The notes beneath the pieces were generated by a model that saw nothing but the letters and a program-made list of their open reading frames with translations, ran no database searches and was not told where the DNA came from. A stretch of 62,862 nt of DNA, the filler included, from Welwitschia mirabilis (taxonomy: Eukaryota), in the NCBI GenBank assembly GCA_051453625.1. It is 5 parts of one record of this genome, joined end to end, with 100 filler letters (N's around TTAATTAATTAA, not from the genome) between each part and the next. Parts side by side here need not be neighbours in the genome. Positions count along the whole stretch, not along the records: positions 18,529 to 40,340 come from JBOZIK010000001.1; 4 more parts are not named here. One strand, written 5' to 3'. The translations under genes and the position numbers were made by a program. Positions 26,401 to 38,722 of this stretch are shown in pieces (within the stretch, counting starts at the first letter, position 1; each line of letters opens with the position of its first letter).

Positions 26401-27335
26401 TCTAAGTGACCAGAGTTACAAGTTTCTTTAGATATTTTAATATCAATTATAGTCAATAAGATGTAGGATCTACTTACAAGCAAAGTTTAAGAGCTACAAA
26501 AAATTATGGATTAGGGATTTAATAATATGAGATAGAGGATGACTTCCATGGAGCATCAGATAACTGATATGAAAGAGCAGATGATAATTATAGAAAGTCA
26601 TCTAAGGAAGATTAAGTAGGGTTTCATAGTGGATCTTCCACAAGTTTAGGGAGAGAAAGTTACACATTTAGTATAGATAGTTATAAGTGTTTACTTCTTA
26701 CTTAAGTAAGAGTACCTTCCATTTTTACATTCCCTGAGTACTAGGAAAAAAAGCTTACATAGCTCCTTAAGGAGAATGATGTAACAAAGACTCTACTAGA
26801 CTTACCATCTTTTTTATTATATTTAAAGCTCTAATTATATATATTTTAGTTTTTAGTAATTATTTTATATATCATAATTATTTATTTTACAAAAAATTTC
26901 AACTTTACCTTGGAAATTTATAAACATTTAAGTGGGGGCTAATGTAAGAAAAATCATGGCAAGTGTTTCATTGGAGGTCTAATGTAAGGAAAATCATGTG
27001 TATCTAATGTCTTGATTTAGACTATTCATTTTAAGCATTACTAATCTAAAGCATAATTATATTTTGAAGCTAAAAACAAAAAGAAGTCAAAAACAAGTTT
27101 AAGTTGATTATTGTGTACTTAGTCGTCTTAAAGACCAGGTAGAGGATAGTCGATTTCTCTTATTTTTCATAGAAGATATTATATTAAGCTCATGATACCC
27201 AAGAACCTATATGGTAAGATATTCAAACTTAACTTTTATATTAATTAGTTCTTTATTTATTCTTATCAATTTGGTTTTCAGTCTAGAATTATCCACTTAT
27301 TTTATTAGAGATAAATAATACTAAGTAATGGGCTA
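23450..27335 (+). mobile_element. Gypsy 3' internal region with conserved block, palindromic repeats and a decayed extra ORF
   Basis: Conserved block at 23520-23665, palindromes at 24320-24810, ORF remnant at ~25510-26750, PPT-like aagtaatgggcta at 27323-27335. Confidence 0.6.
25510..26750 (+). pseudogene. Decayed extra (env-like / Transposase_32-like) ORF of a gypsy element
   Basis: Purine-rich coding-like stretch. One frame reads FYDCMHMKVQRDVDNHMVDMIIVIINDHEESIFPR*IVMVLGIGG, resembling the FY...V.G....I...LGI pattern of plant retroelement extra ORFs. It lies between the 3' UTR block and the PPT. Confidence 0.4.
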
Positions 27336-28763
27336 TGTTATGGAGCTAAATTGGCTAGATTTAATAAAATATTTGAGGATACATTTAGATTAAATTAGAC
27401 AAGTTCTTATAAGAATATGAAAACTTCATTAGAGCTTCATAATTAGGAAAAACTAGATGGATTTTTCATTATATTCAACTCCTTTTTTATTATAATTGAA
27501 TATTCATTTATGCTACCCTATGAGAAGATAATCGAAAGGTGAATTAAATCATTGACTTAAAAGGCTTCACATCATGATGAACATAGTAAAATCTATACCC
27601 ATTAAAAAAGGTCTATGAGTTGCATTAAGTTATGAAAACATTATCAAAATTCAAAATTTAACTTAGGGTTAATAATTAGAAGGAAGAAAACTAAAAATAG
27701 GGTGTTATCCACTCCATCATCTAAATGACACTCCTAGGTAAATACTAGAGATTTTCCAATAAAAATGATCAAGTTTATAAATATCATCTACCTCATTGTC
27801 TAGATAACACCCAAGAAAATGTGTTAGTAAAAACATCCTTGAGTAGTCACATGTCTTGCATTAATAGTAAATCCAGGTTATTATCCGCCATGTCATTTAG
27901 ATAATCACTTAAACAACAATAAGAATAATAAGTTAGATAACTATTAAATGTTAAGCGATAGTCTCTTATCATCACCCACACCATCGTCTAGATGATACAG
28001 GTGAATGATAGTTATCTATTAAAAAATTAACCTTCTTGTAATAAAAGTTAGTATTTGTCATGCCTTTTACATTACAACCTTTGGACTCACCAACTATCAA
28101 CCCCAAATTATAAATAGAACTTTGTATATGAAATTTTACTATCTTTCTATGTATCTTGATCTTGTAATGAATTGAAAATTGAAGGGGTGATGGAATGCAT
28201 CTTAGCTTATGAGAAAGGTATCCTTGGTGTTGATTGTGTTTCTACAATGGAGGAATGTTTTCTTATAAGTGGATGAATGACAATTTGATTAATTAACAAA
28301 GATTGATTAAATTGTGTTTGTTTTAGTAAAAATTCTTTTTTATTCCTTATAGTTCATCCTAATTGCAATTTATAGATATTTTGTATAATTGATATGGGTT
28401 ACAAAGACTAATTTAAGTGATATTTTATTGATAAATTGGTTAATATTTTCATTTAGGTTGTATTAATTTAATTACATTGCATTTTATTTCATTCCATTAT
28501 TATCCATTGAATTAATTACATTTGCATTATTCTTAATTTACTTTTTCATTCAAAGAAATCAAAAATTAAAAATTATTTTCTCATCTCTCTCAAATCAATT
28601 TTCTAATTCCCTTTTTGTAACTCTTATCTAGAGTACAACATTTTGGATTAATCCCACTATACAACTATGTCTTTTGTAAGAAAATATATATTTAATTTTT
28701 AGGTTTTGAGTAGAATACATTAATGAAATTCAGATTTTTAAATCATAAATATGCATCACAACA
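27336..28763 (+). mobile_element. Gypsy 3' LTR
   Basis: tgttatgg.. follows the PPT. TATA-like ttataaatag at ~28108. Ends aaatatgcatcacaaca, matching the reverse complement of the family LTR terminus tgttatggtgcatattt. Confidence 0.7.
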
Positions 28764-29297
28764 ATTGGAAAAATTGAAGGAATTTAGCAAACAATGCCAA
28801 CACCACCATTTAGGACTATTGATGATGCTAACTTTCTAAGGAAAACTGATGTAAATCTTATGGTTTTGTACTTGTTTGACAAATTAATCAAATTATACAT
28901 ATGGGATAAATCCATTAAAGTTAATTCACAGTACATATTAAACTTAAACAACACTTAATAGAAGTATAAAATGACATGTTGTAGTAACATGTGACAGTAA
29001 TAAGGATGATTACATAAAAAAGGTCATCAATTAGTAGTGTCATCATTACTCAAGGAACATGTCATCATCTCTCTTTCATATGAAGATAAAATAATCCTTC
29101 TTTGTTACTACATGCAAAAATTTATAACCTTTTTTTAAGTAATTCACTATAATGTAACCCTTCTTATATAACTTCCCATCTAACATAATCATGATAAAGA
29201 TCTTAAAGCCTGCCCTTATCTATAATAGGGCCTTAAACCCTCATTGTAATGGATCTTTTGGTTGGACAACATGGTGGAAAGAATTAAAGTGCTAAGA

Positions 29298-30633
29298 TGT
29301 TATGGTATCTTTTGTAGTGCATATTTTTGCAACTTCACATATTACTCCAAATCCTATTAATCAAAATATATAGATTGGAAAATACATACTTTAATATGAA
29401 TGGGAGTAACTCAAATGCCATAACTTGTTAAAGACTTATGAGAGANNNNNNNNNNNNNNNNNNNNNNNNNNNNNNNNNNNNNNNNNNNNNNNNNNNNNNN
29501 NNNNNNNNNNNNNNNNNNNNNNNNNNNNNNNNNNNNNNNNNNNNNTATTACTCCAAATCCTATTAATTAAAATATATAGATTGGAAAATATATACTTTAA
29601 TATGAATGGGAGTAACTCAAATGTCATAACTTGTTAAAGACTTATGAGAGAAGAATGAGAATTTATTTTCAAAGAGGATATGGTAACCAAAACTTAGGAA
29701 TAATGTAGAAGATTAAAGATGTAATGTGATGTGAGTGTAACTAGACCTAAATGAAAAATGTATCTAAAACTACTTTCTTCAGTTTTAACACAGACTACCC
29801 TTAAGACGTATATCATCAATGAAACTATCACCGGATCAAGAACAACATAAATCATAATAGAAATATAATAGAAATAAATGCCTAATTGAAATAGAGTTTC
29901 ATATTAAAATAGATCTAGCATCTGGATTATAAAATAGCTAAGCCTCACTAGAGGATGTATAGCCCTTCACCAAGAAAACATCTTTCTATAACTTGTGAGA
30001 TGGATCTCCAACCTTTCGATCTCCTATCATGAGAATCTTTGATACTAACAAACATGGAGAGGAGATTCAAAGGAGGGTTTTATTTATAGGTCTAATAAAT
30101 ATAACTCTCACATAAAAGGCACTATAAAATGCACTCAATTACAAGACAAAAACAAATAAAATGAAAAAATCTTAGTTGACAGTTATAGTTATCATCCTGT
30201 CTATTGTGGGAATGATAAAGGGGATGATGGATCAAACATTACATTTGCCATTCTACATGTCATGAGAATAACCATGGGGATGACACTCCTTTAGTAAAGA
30301 TGACTTAACAGTATTGGATTTAGTCTATATTAGCACTCCCATGTGGCATCTACAGTGTTATCATCTTACCTATCATGGGAATGACATAGGGGATGATAGC
30401 CTTCTTTGTCCTTCTAACTTAAGAAAAAATAGCATTTTTAATCAGTGATCTTCCTCTAAGGTATAATGTATTAGAATATGCTTTAAATGCCTCTAATCAT
30501 GCCAAGAACTACAAATTTTTGAGATATTCTATCAATTCTTCATAATCCTTAGAATTGCATCTAAACATGTATAAATGTCCTACAAAATAGCTCATAATAC
30601 TCCATCAAATACATACAATTTGGCAGTGCATCA
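29298..30633 (-). repeat. 3' LTR of the 29298-38960 element
   Basis: TG...CA termini (tgttatgg...gcagtgcatca), followed by the PPT reverse complement tagcccttcactt. Confidence 0.85.
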
Positions 30634-32249
30634 TAGCCCTTCACTTATCCTTTATCAGTTCCTAATAAAAACTAGATAAACAACTATAATTATGAGTCAA
30701 ATTATCTTTAAAAAATCATTTTTAAAATTATAAAATAGGTTTATAAATAATCTTAAATACATCACATAGCAAAATAACATGTAATGCATAATATGTATAG
30801 AGTGAAAATTTCAAAAAATGATGTCTTATAAAAGCTCTAAAATAACTCAAAAATTTATGAAAATTATCCATAAAATGTATCTTGTCCTCCCCCAAGAAGA
30901 ATAATACATCCTGTATTAGCTAGTAAAGTAAAGAAAGAAAACAAGAATCATTTGAAAAATTGAGTATAAAGTTAAGTGTAGAAATGTCAGCTTTGAAAAA
31001 TAGAGATGTATGAAATATTATGACAAGCATGGAAAGAATAGACAATAAAAATGTACTAATTAGGATGAAGCAGATCCATTAATATCCAAAAAATGTACCA
31101 TCACAAAAAATGATTAATAATAGCATTTAGAACTCCAAAAGACTAAAAATAAACATCCTAAAATTGTTAAGAAGACTCATCTAAGTAAGAAATGAATTCT
31201 TTATTTAAAATTAGACAAGCAAGTCATTAAATGTTGAGTCCTAAAATGATAATAAAATATAAAAATAACTTTGAAACAACTAACTGAACAATAGAAAAAA
31301 AAATAATGAGCAAAAGATAGCCTACCTACACTAAATTTTAACTTAGCAGACTCTTGTGGAAGAAATTATAACATCACTTGATTTAAAAATGCATGACTTG
31401 ATATGTAAAAAACTTCATTTGATAAGGCAGTGATGATGACAATGTAAAAAGAAAAAAGAAAAAAGAAAAAAAAGTTAAATGCTTTAAATAATAAATGATA
31501 AGACCAAAGAGTTACTCAAAAATGAACTTACCAACTTACATCTCAAAACCAACAACTAAATTCCTAGAAATGAAATGATCATGTGGAAAAACTACAAGTC
31601 TAGAAAATAAGCAATTCCTCTGATGATAGTAAGAACATCACTGATGTCATATCCTTGTAGTTTTTATTATTTTATTATCTAACTATCCATGATGAGAGGA
31701 GGTCAACCATAGTTAGAGAAGTAAGGACCCCTGAAGCATGGCCAACTGACCTCCCAGTGGAGTTCTTACAACTACTACATTATAGTTTCAAAGGCCCCTC
31801 TTGGGTAAAATTACCCTAGTGTACTTATAATAGGATACCAGGGTGACCATTTTTTTGAGCTATCTCAAATATAAAACATCATTCCTTATTTCACCTTTTT
31901 TTCTTCTTTTTTTCAAGTAGATCATTCCACATGACCAGACACTCCAAAAGACAAAGGTAATATAATAAGATAAAATATAGCAAATAACATACTTAAACAA
32001 TCTAAAAATTTTTCATCATTGAGAACATCAAAAATAAAGCATATTCTTTCAAACTAAATTTCATAGACATGTGAATGTCTTAAAATTAAGTAAATCTAAT
32101 CTTATCACTATAAAATGCCCAAGTCAAAAACTAGTCATGGAAATAAATACATAAGTCATGTTTAAAAGATGATCAAGTGATGTCATAATGGCCTCCAAAG
32201 AAAAAAGCTAAGAAAAAATTCAAACAATGATAGGAAACAAGTCCTCTTC

Positions 32250-35200
32250 ATTAAGGGGAACCTCTGAGGCTAGTGCTTCTATCATTATATTAGAAGATTA
32301 CTTGTATATATTCAACCTTTGCTCATTAACTGTCTAAATTTCTTTATTGGTTAATTTATAAATTTTAATAGAGCCATTAGAATGTACTTTCTAAATAAGA
32401 TAAGTACCTAATCATTTTGAGGTTAACTTGTTATGTAGAAAATGTACTCTACTAATAACAAGACTAGGTAACTAGGTTTAAAGTTCTTATGAATTAGCTT
32501 TTTATCATGTTTAAACTTACTTTAAGATTTGTAAATAAGTTGATAATGAATAGTTCAAGTTTTTTTTTCATCTAAATGGTTCAATCGAGTTAAATGAGTT
32601 TTAATGCTTTCTTCTAAATCCACAAGATTAAGTTGATATGTATAATGATAAGAATTATAACAAACATTAATAAGTAAAATATAGACTATACTATATACAA
32701 ATTCATAAGGTGAAAAATTAAGTGAATTATACTAGGTGGTATGGTAAGCTCAAAGAACATCATTAAGTTTAAAATCCATAATTTCATATTAGTAGAGACA
32801 AGTTTTTGAAGCATTTTTTTGATTTTTCTATTAGCATTTTTAGCTTCTCCATTGGTTTGAAAATGGTAAGCACAAGCTACACAATGTCCTATACAAATGG
32901 ATAAAAGAAGTTTTCTAAAAAGATGATTAATGAAGTAAGTTTCCTAATCACTAATGATTATTTGAAGANNNNNNNNNNNNNNNNNNNNNNNNNNNNNNNN
33001 NNNNNNNNNNNNNNNNNNNNNNNNNNNNNNNNNNNNNNNNNNNNNNNNNNNNNNNNNNNNNNNNNNNNNNNNNNNNNNNNNNNNNNNNNNNNNNNNNNNN
33101 NNNNNNNNNNNNNNNNNNNNNNNNNNNNNNNNNNNNNNNNNNNNNNNNNNNNNNNNNNNNNNNNNNNNNNNNNNNNNNNNNNNNNNNNNNNNNNNNNNNN
33201 NNNNNNNNNNNNNNNNNNNNNNNNNNNNNNNNNNNNNNNNNNNNNNNNNNNNNNNNNNNNNNNNNNNNNNNNNNNNNNNNNNNNNNNNNNNNNNNNNNNN
33301 NNNNNNNNNNNNNNNNNNNNNNNNNNNNNNNNNNNNNNNNNNNNNNNNNNNNNNNNNNNNNNNNNNNNNNNNNNNNNTATACAAATGAATAAAAGAAGTT
33401 TTCTAAAAAGATGGTTAATGAAGTAAGTTTCCTAATCACTAATGATTATTTGAAGAAAATCAAAGCATTAAAAAATTTAAGTTCTAACAAAGTTGCAAAT
33501 GGTTCAATCATCATTTGAAAAAGTAGAAACTACTTCAACTCATTTAATCACATAATACATAGCTACTAAAATTTAATTTTTGTCTTTAGAAGGTGGTTTT
33601 ATTAGGCCTATGAAATCAATTCCCCAATAGTCACAAGATTCACACTCAATAATATATTTAAGAAGAATTTTTTGTGATTGTAAAAGATTACCAAAAACAT
33701 TGATATGTATTACACCTTCTAACATACTCAAAAGAGTCTTGAAAAAGACTAGGGTAATAGAATCTAAAGTGGAGAATTTTCATGGCTATTTTCTAACTGC
33801 TAAAATCTCCACCAAAAACCCCACTATGATAAAGATAAATAATATTAAGTTTCTCACATTTTGGTACACATTTTCTCATAATTTAATCCTTACATCTATA
33901 ATGAAGATGGGATGCTATTCACTCATAGTCATCTATCCTGTGGAGAAAAGATTTTCTTTAATTATGACTTTAATTTTGTGATGTTTTTAAGGTGATAAGA
34001 TAATTGATGATATTCATCATGGGAAGGGATGAGTAGAAGATATAACAAATAATTGCTCATCCAAAAAAAATCACTAATAAGAAGATCATCAGAAGAAGAA
34101 GTGAGGTGTGATAAGTGATCTGCCATATTGTTATATTCTCCTACCTTATTTATGATGATGAGATTGAATTTTTACATTAAGAGGGTTCATCTAATCAAAA
34201 TAGCACTAAAATATTTCTTAGTAATTAGGTATTTAATTACCACATGGTCTATGTAGACATTTGTGTGGAAGTATAAAGATAATGTCTATGATTATTAAGG
34301 TAAATTTTTATCGCCAACATTTTTTTGTCAATAGTTGAATAGTTTTCTTGAGATTTGGTTAATGTTTTACTATGGTAACATATGACTTTAAATACATTTT
34401 CATATTTTTTCCTAAACACGCCACCTATACTAAAATTACTAGTATCACATATTAACTCCAAGTCTTTATCCCAATTAGGTCCTATTACAATAGGAGCATA
34501 AGAGAGTTTATGTTTGAGTTTATCCAAAGTAAGCTGGCAAAATGTATTCCAATCAAATTGGCTTCTTTTTTTAATAATGAGTGTAGAGGTCTATGAACTT
34601 TAGCATAATCCTGTATGAAATAGTGATAAAAACCACAATGTCTAAGAAAAGATTGGAGTTGCTTAGCATTGGTTGGAGGAGTTAAGTGTTCAATGATATT
34701 GACTTTCTTAGGGTCCATCTTAATTTCTATTTTAGAGATATGGTGGCCTAGAATAATTCCACTTTTAACTAAGACTAAAATCTTTTCCTAGCTTAAGTGA
34801 AGATCATATTCTATGCATCTATCAAGGACTTTTCTAATCTTTCTAAGGTTTAATCAAAGGTTTATCCAAATATATAAAATTCATCTATAAGGATTTCTAT
34901 TAAACAATTTCACATGTTTGAAAAAAAACCTATCATAGCATGTTGAAAATTTATGGAAGTGTTACATAATCTAAAAGGCATTCATCTAAAAGCAAATGTC
35001 TGGAAAGGCAAAGTAAAAGTTGTTTTGGCTTGGTCTTCACTATCTATGAAAACCTAGATATAACCATTATATCCATCTAAAAATAAATAGAAAGAATTTC
35101 CCTAAATTCTATAAAGTATTTGGTTTAGGAAGGGGAGAGGACAATGATCTTTTCTTATGACTTCATTTAGTTTTCTAAAATATATGCAGACTATTCATTT

Positions 35201-36300
35201 TCCATCCTTCTTTAAAACTACAGTTAAAGAACTCATCTATTCATTATCAATTATAATATAAATGATTCCAACATTTATTAACTTAATGATTTCATCTTTA
35301 CTATTTGTTTAAGTCCTAGATTTATCTTCTTTATGGTTTTTTAATAGGTTTCGCATTTCCTTTAGATAGATTTATGTTGAATAAAAGAAGGAGGAATGAT
35401 AGATAAATCTCTATGAAACCAAGTAAAAGAATGAATTTTAGAATTTAAAAGAGAGATTAATTTTGAATTTTATTCAAGTAAATAATCTTCATTGATTATA
35501 AGAGATTTGTTTTGATTATTATAGAGAAAATTATATTTTAGTCCACTAGGAAGATTTTTCAGATTTAAACTAAAATTTTCAGCTTCTAGATCATGCAGTG
35601 AATAATCTCCCTTAAAGTATGATGTTTTATTTGCTATGAATAATTGGAAGGATTATATGTCTTCTTTGTTCTAATTTAAAATATCATGCCTAAAGTTGAA
35701 TGTATCAAATACTTCTAAGTTCTTGATTTTAAGTGGATTATTGTAAAGTGTAGGCTCATGTAATGTCAGCCATCTTTCTTTAAGGGGTCAATGTTGAAGG
35801 AATAAAGTTGGTTTAATTTTATTTTCTATGTTTCATTTTCCACCTAATCCTTTCTCAGCTACATCAAAAACTCTAATTAAAACTTTTTTGTTTCCTAGGT
35901 GACATTTCATAATCCTAGTTCTTGTGTTAATAATTCAATGGGCTATTGAATAAAAGGATAATCTTAGAAGTAATGGGTAACCACCATTATGTTTGACCTC
36001 TATGAAAACCACATCTATCGGATAGAATGCCTTTTTAATTTATTCAATAGATATTTAATAATCCCTAAGGGTTTCTTAACTAAAGTATCTTCTAACTCTA
36101 AGAGAATCTGAGTAGGCTCTATTCTATCTTCTAAAACAAGTCTCTTGTAAATGTGTAAAGGTATGATGTTAACACTTACTCTACTATTAATTAAATCTCT
36201 TATAATCCTCTTGTTTTCATCTAATGTGACATTCAATATTACTACCTTTATATCTTTGAATTTTGAATATTTTTGTAACACTAAGTTCCTGACGAATTGA
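32250..36300 (-). pseudogene. Gypsy pol pseudogene (AP-RT-RNase H-integrase)
   Basis: AP: LINSRVSVNIIP (ORF 36015..36281). RT: RKDHCPLPFLNQIL, LDGYNGY, TFAFR*MPFRLCN, and a degenerate active site IEILIDEF (~34875-34900). RH: ELICDTSNFSIGGV..ENYSTIDKKMLA (ORF 34249..34527). INT: DYWGIDFIG (~33605-33635), VNEQRLNIY (~32305-32335). Confidence 0.92.
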
Positions 36301-36399
36301 GCTAAAGGGACTTTTCTATGAATAACTTGTTTTTGTTTTCTTCTAGTTAATTCTTTCTATAGTTTTGAGAACCCTAGATTTTCTTGCAAAATTTTTCAA

Positions 36400-38100
36400 A
36401 ATGGTAAGTTTATACTTATATTTTTTACTAAGGTTTTGATATGTTTATTAAAAGTTCAATTAATGTTAAGCCTATCAAGCCAAGAGGTAGCTAGTTTCTT
36501 TACTGATTATTGTGAAGAATTCTTCTTTTTACCTTAATCAAGATAAGGGAAATTGAACATTTTTAATATTTCAATGTCTTCTTATTCCTCATAATCTCTA
36601 ATATCATTTTGAGAGGTTAATGCTTCATAAGGAGAAGGGTTTATTTATTGATCACTTCATGTTACATTTGATAGAGGTTGTGTTGCTAATAATTTTTGTG
36701 ATTTTTACTTTACCAACATTATTTGTTGAAGGGCATTTACTATGTTTTCAAGTTTGGAACTTATCTTTTATAAGCTAGAGTTTGTCTTTTCTTATGACTT
36801 TCTAAGTTCATCTATAAAGTTTGTAATTGGATCATTTGAATGTTGAAAGTTTAATGAACTTGGTTGGAAGTTTGAATTTTCAAATAGATTTTTGAAAGGT
36901 TGAAAATTTTTGAACTTCTTATCAAAGGTTTGTGTATTTAACCTAGGTTGTACCTGATTTTGATTTAGGAAGTTCAAAAATTTTTAACTAAAATCCTAGA
37001 CTTCTTCATGTATTTTCTCTTTATAGGTTGGTAAAAGTGGATAATCCTTGGTAATGTGATAATCATCCTTACATTAATCATATTTTGGTACAAAATTCTT
37101 CTTAGTTGCTGATTTGGCATCTAAAATCATTTTAGTATAATTCTTAAAAGTTGTTGTGAAATCTCTAATTAGATTTGTAGGGTTGTCTTCTATCTCCTTT
37201 TCATATTTAACCTTTTTGAAATCTTTGAGTATTTCTCCTATAATGTGGTTATCTTCTGATGTTGACTAAGTTTGGCTTACCTCTATAAGTTAGTCAAATA
37301 TTTTTCAAGCATTTTCTAATGTGAGGTTCATAAGGTTTCCACAAGAAGAGAAATCTATGACTTGTTTTATTTGGTGATTTGACCCACTATAAAAGTAGTC
37401 AACTAGTTATTCTTATGTGAAGGCATCTACTAGATTAGAGTGAATTGCTATAAAGAAGTGCTTGTATGTGAAAGCATAATCCTTATTTGGTTCTTTTTGA
37501 AAATTTTTTACTTTCTTTTTTCTTTTTCTAATGAATGCTTCACTTATTAATCTTTTAATGAAGGCTTCTTAGACTTGATTCCAAGACTTTAAACTTTGTG
37601 GGATATATTTTTCAGCCAAAGTTTTACTCTTTACTTTAATTTCATTGGAAAAATAACCATGTATGTACTATTACTAATCCTTTTCTTTTTGTTCCCCGAG
37701 GTGAGAACAAACTATTCTATCTCTGCAATGTGTTGAAGGGTATTCTCATCATGTTTGCCACTAAAGATAAGATAGGCATTTAGCTTCTTCAACTCAACAT
37801 CATCTCTTGGGGGTAAATTGAAAGAGTTTAAATTTCTTTTTTTCTACTTGCTATTAATTTCCTAAGGGTAAGATTTGCATTAAAACTAAAGGTTGAAGAT
37901 CCTATAACTTACTTTTATTTTCATCAAGTACTTGATATTCTAAAATTATCTTCTTCTTCATGTTATCTTCTATAAAATTTTATTTTATGATATCGGATTT
38001 AGAAAAAATAAACTCAGAAGAAATATTATATGTACCTAGAAATTATTTTATAATTTAATTTCAAAGTCGAATAATCTTTCTCTGATATTCTATTCTATTA
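36400..38100 (-). pseudogene. Gypsy gag pseudogene
   Basis: IFSGKHDENTLQHI (~37725-37770), FSSCGNLMNLTLENA (~37310-37355), decayed C-x2-C..H knuckle (~37055-37080), Q/N-rich ORF 36792..36977. Confidence 0.85.
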
Positions 38101-38704
38101 ATAGCCTTTCTCTTTGATACTTATCTCTTAAATTGATCATGTCACAACATCCTACAAATAGAAAACAATAAAAATTAAAATAAAAAGCAAGGAATAGTCA
38201 TCCTATCTATCATGGGATAGTAGAGAAAACAACAAAAATAAAAAGCAGAAATAAAAAATAAAAATTTAGCAAAAAGCTAAAAGTCAAAAATGAAAAATAG
38301 AGACTGTTATCCTTTTGGTCATTGGAACAACACTAAGATGATGAAAACTAATTATTACTACACTAACAATAGCTATAATCTAAAAATAGAAAATTAAATC
38401 CATCATCCACCTTTATGTGGAGACAATGAAGGAGATGATAATTATTTAACTATTGGAATTAAAACTAGATGAAAAATTTATAGACAGAAAAAAATCAAGA
38501 AATCTATGCTTATCATTCTCAATGATGTGGGAATAATAGAGAGGATGAAAACTATTATTATAAACTACAAAAAACCAAAAAATACAAATAGAAATCCTAT
38601 GGTTCCTAATATTAAAAAAGATAAAGTTGCTATAGATAAGTAACTAAATGAAAATCTGATTTACTCACCTAAATGACGACAATTCTCATGCTCCTTAGTA
38701 GTAT

Positions 38705-38722
38705 TTTTTAGCAATGGTACCA
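38705..38722 (-). promoter_or_regulatory. Decayed PBS (tRNA-Asp type)
   Basis: Minus strand tggtaccattgctaaaaa versus TGGCGCCGTTGCCGGGGA, transitions only, 3 nt from the LTR. Confidence 0.75.

Noticed and set aside
29338..29650. Near-identical direct repeats flanking N gaps (also 19695-20020, 32890-33455, 45094-45820, 58003-58258)
   Set aside because: Each pair abuts a gap and is almost identical, which points to unmerged contig overlaps or allelic ends.
31687..31741. C/D box snoRNA-like arrangement (ATGATGA...CTGA with ccatg/catgg ends)
   Set aside because: The D box CTGA appears in only this copy (others have cacaaagc), and the unit is too short.
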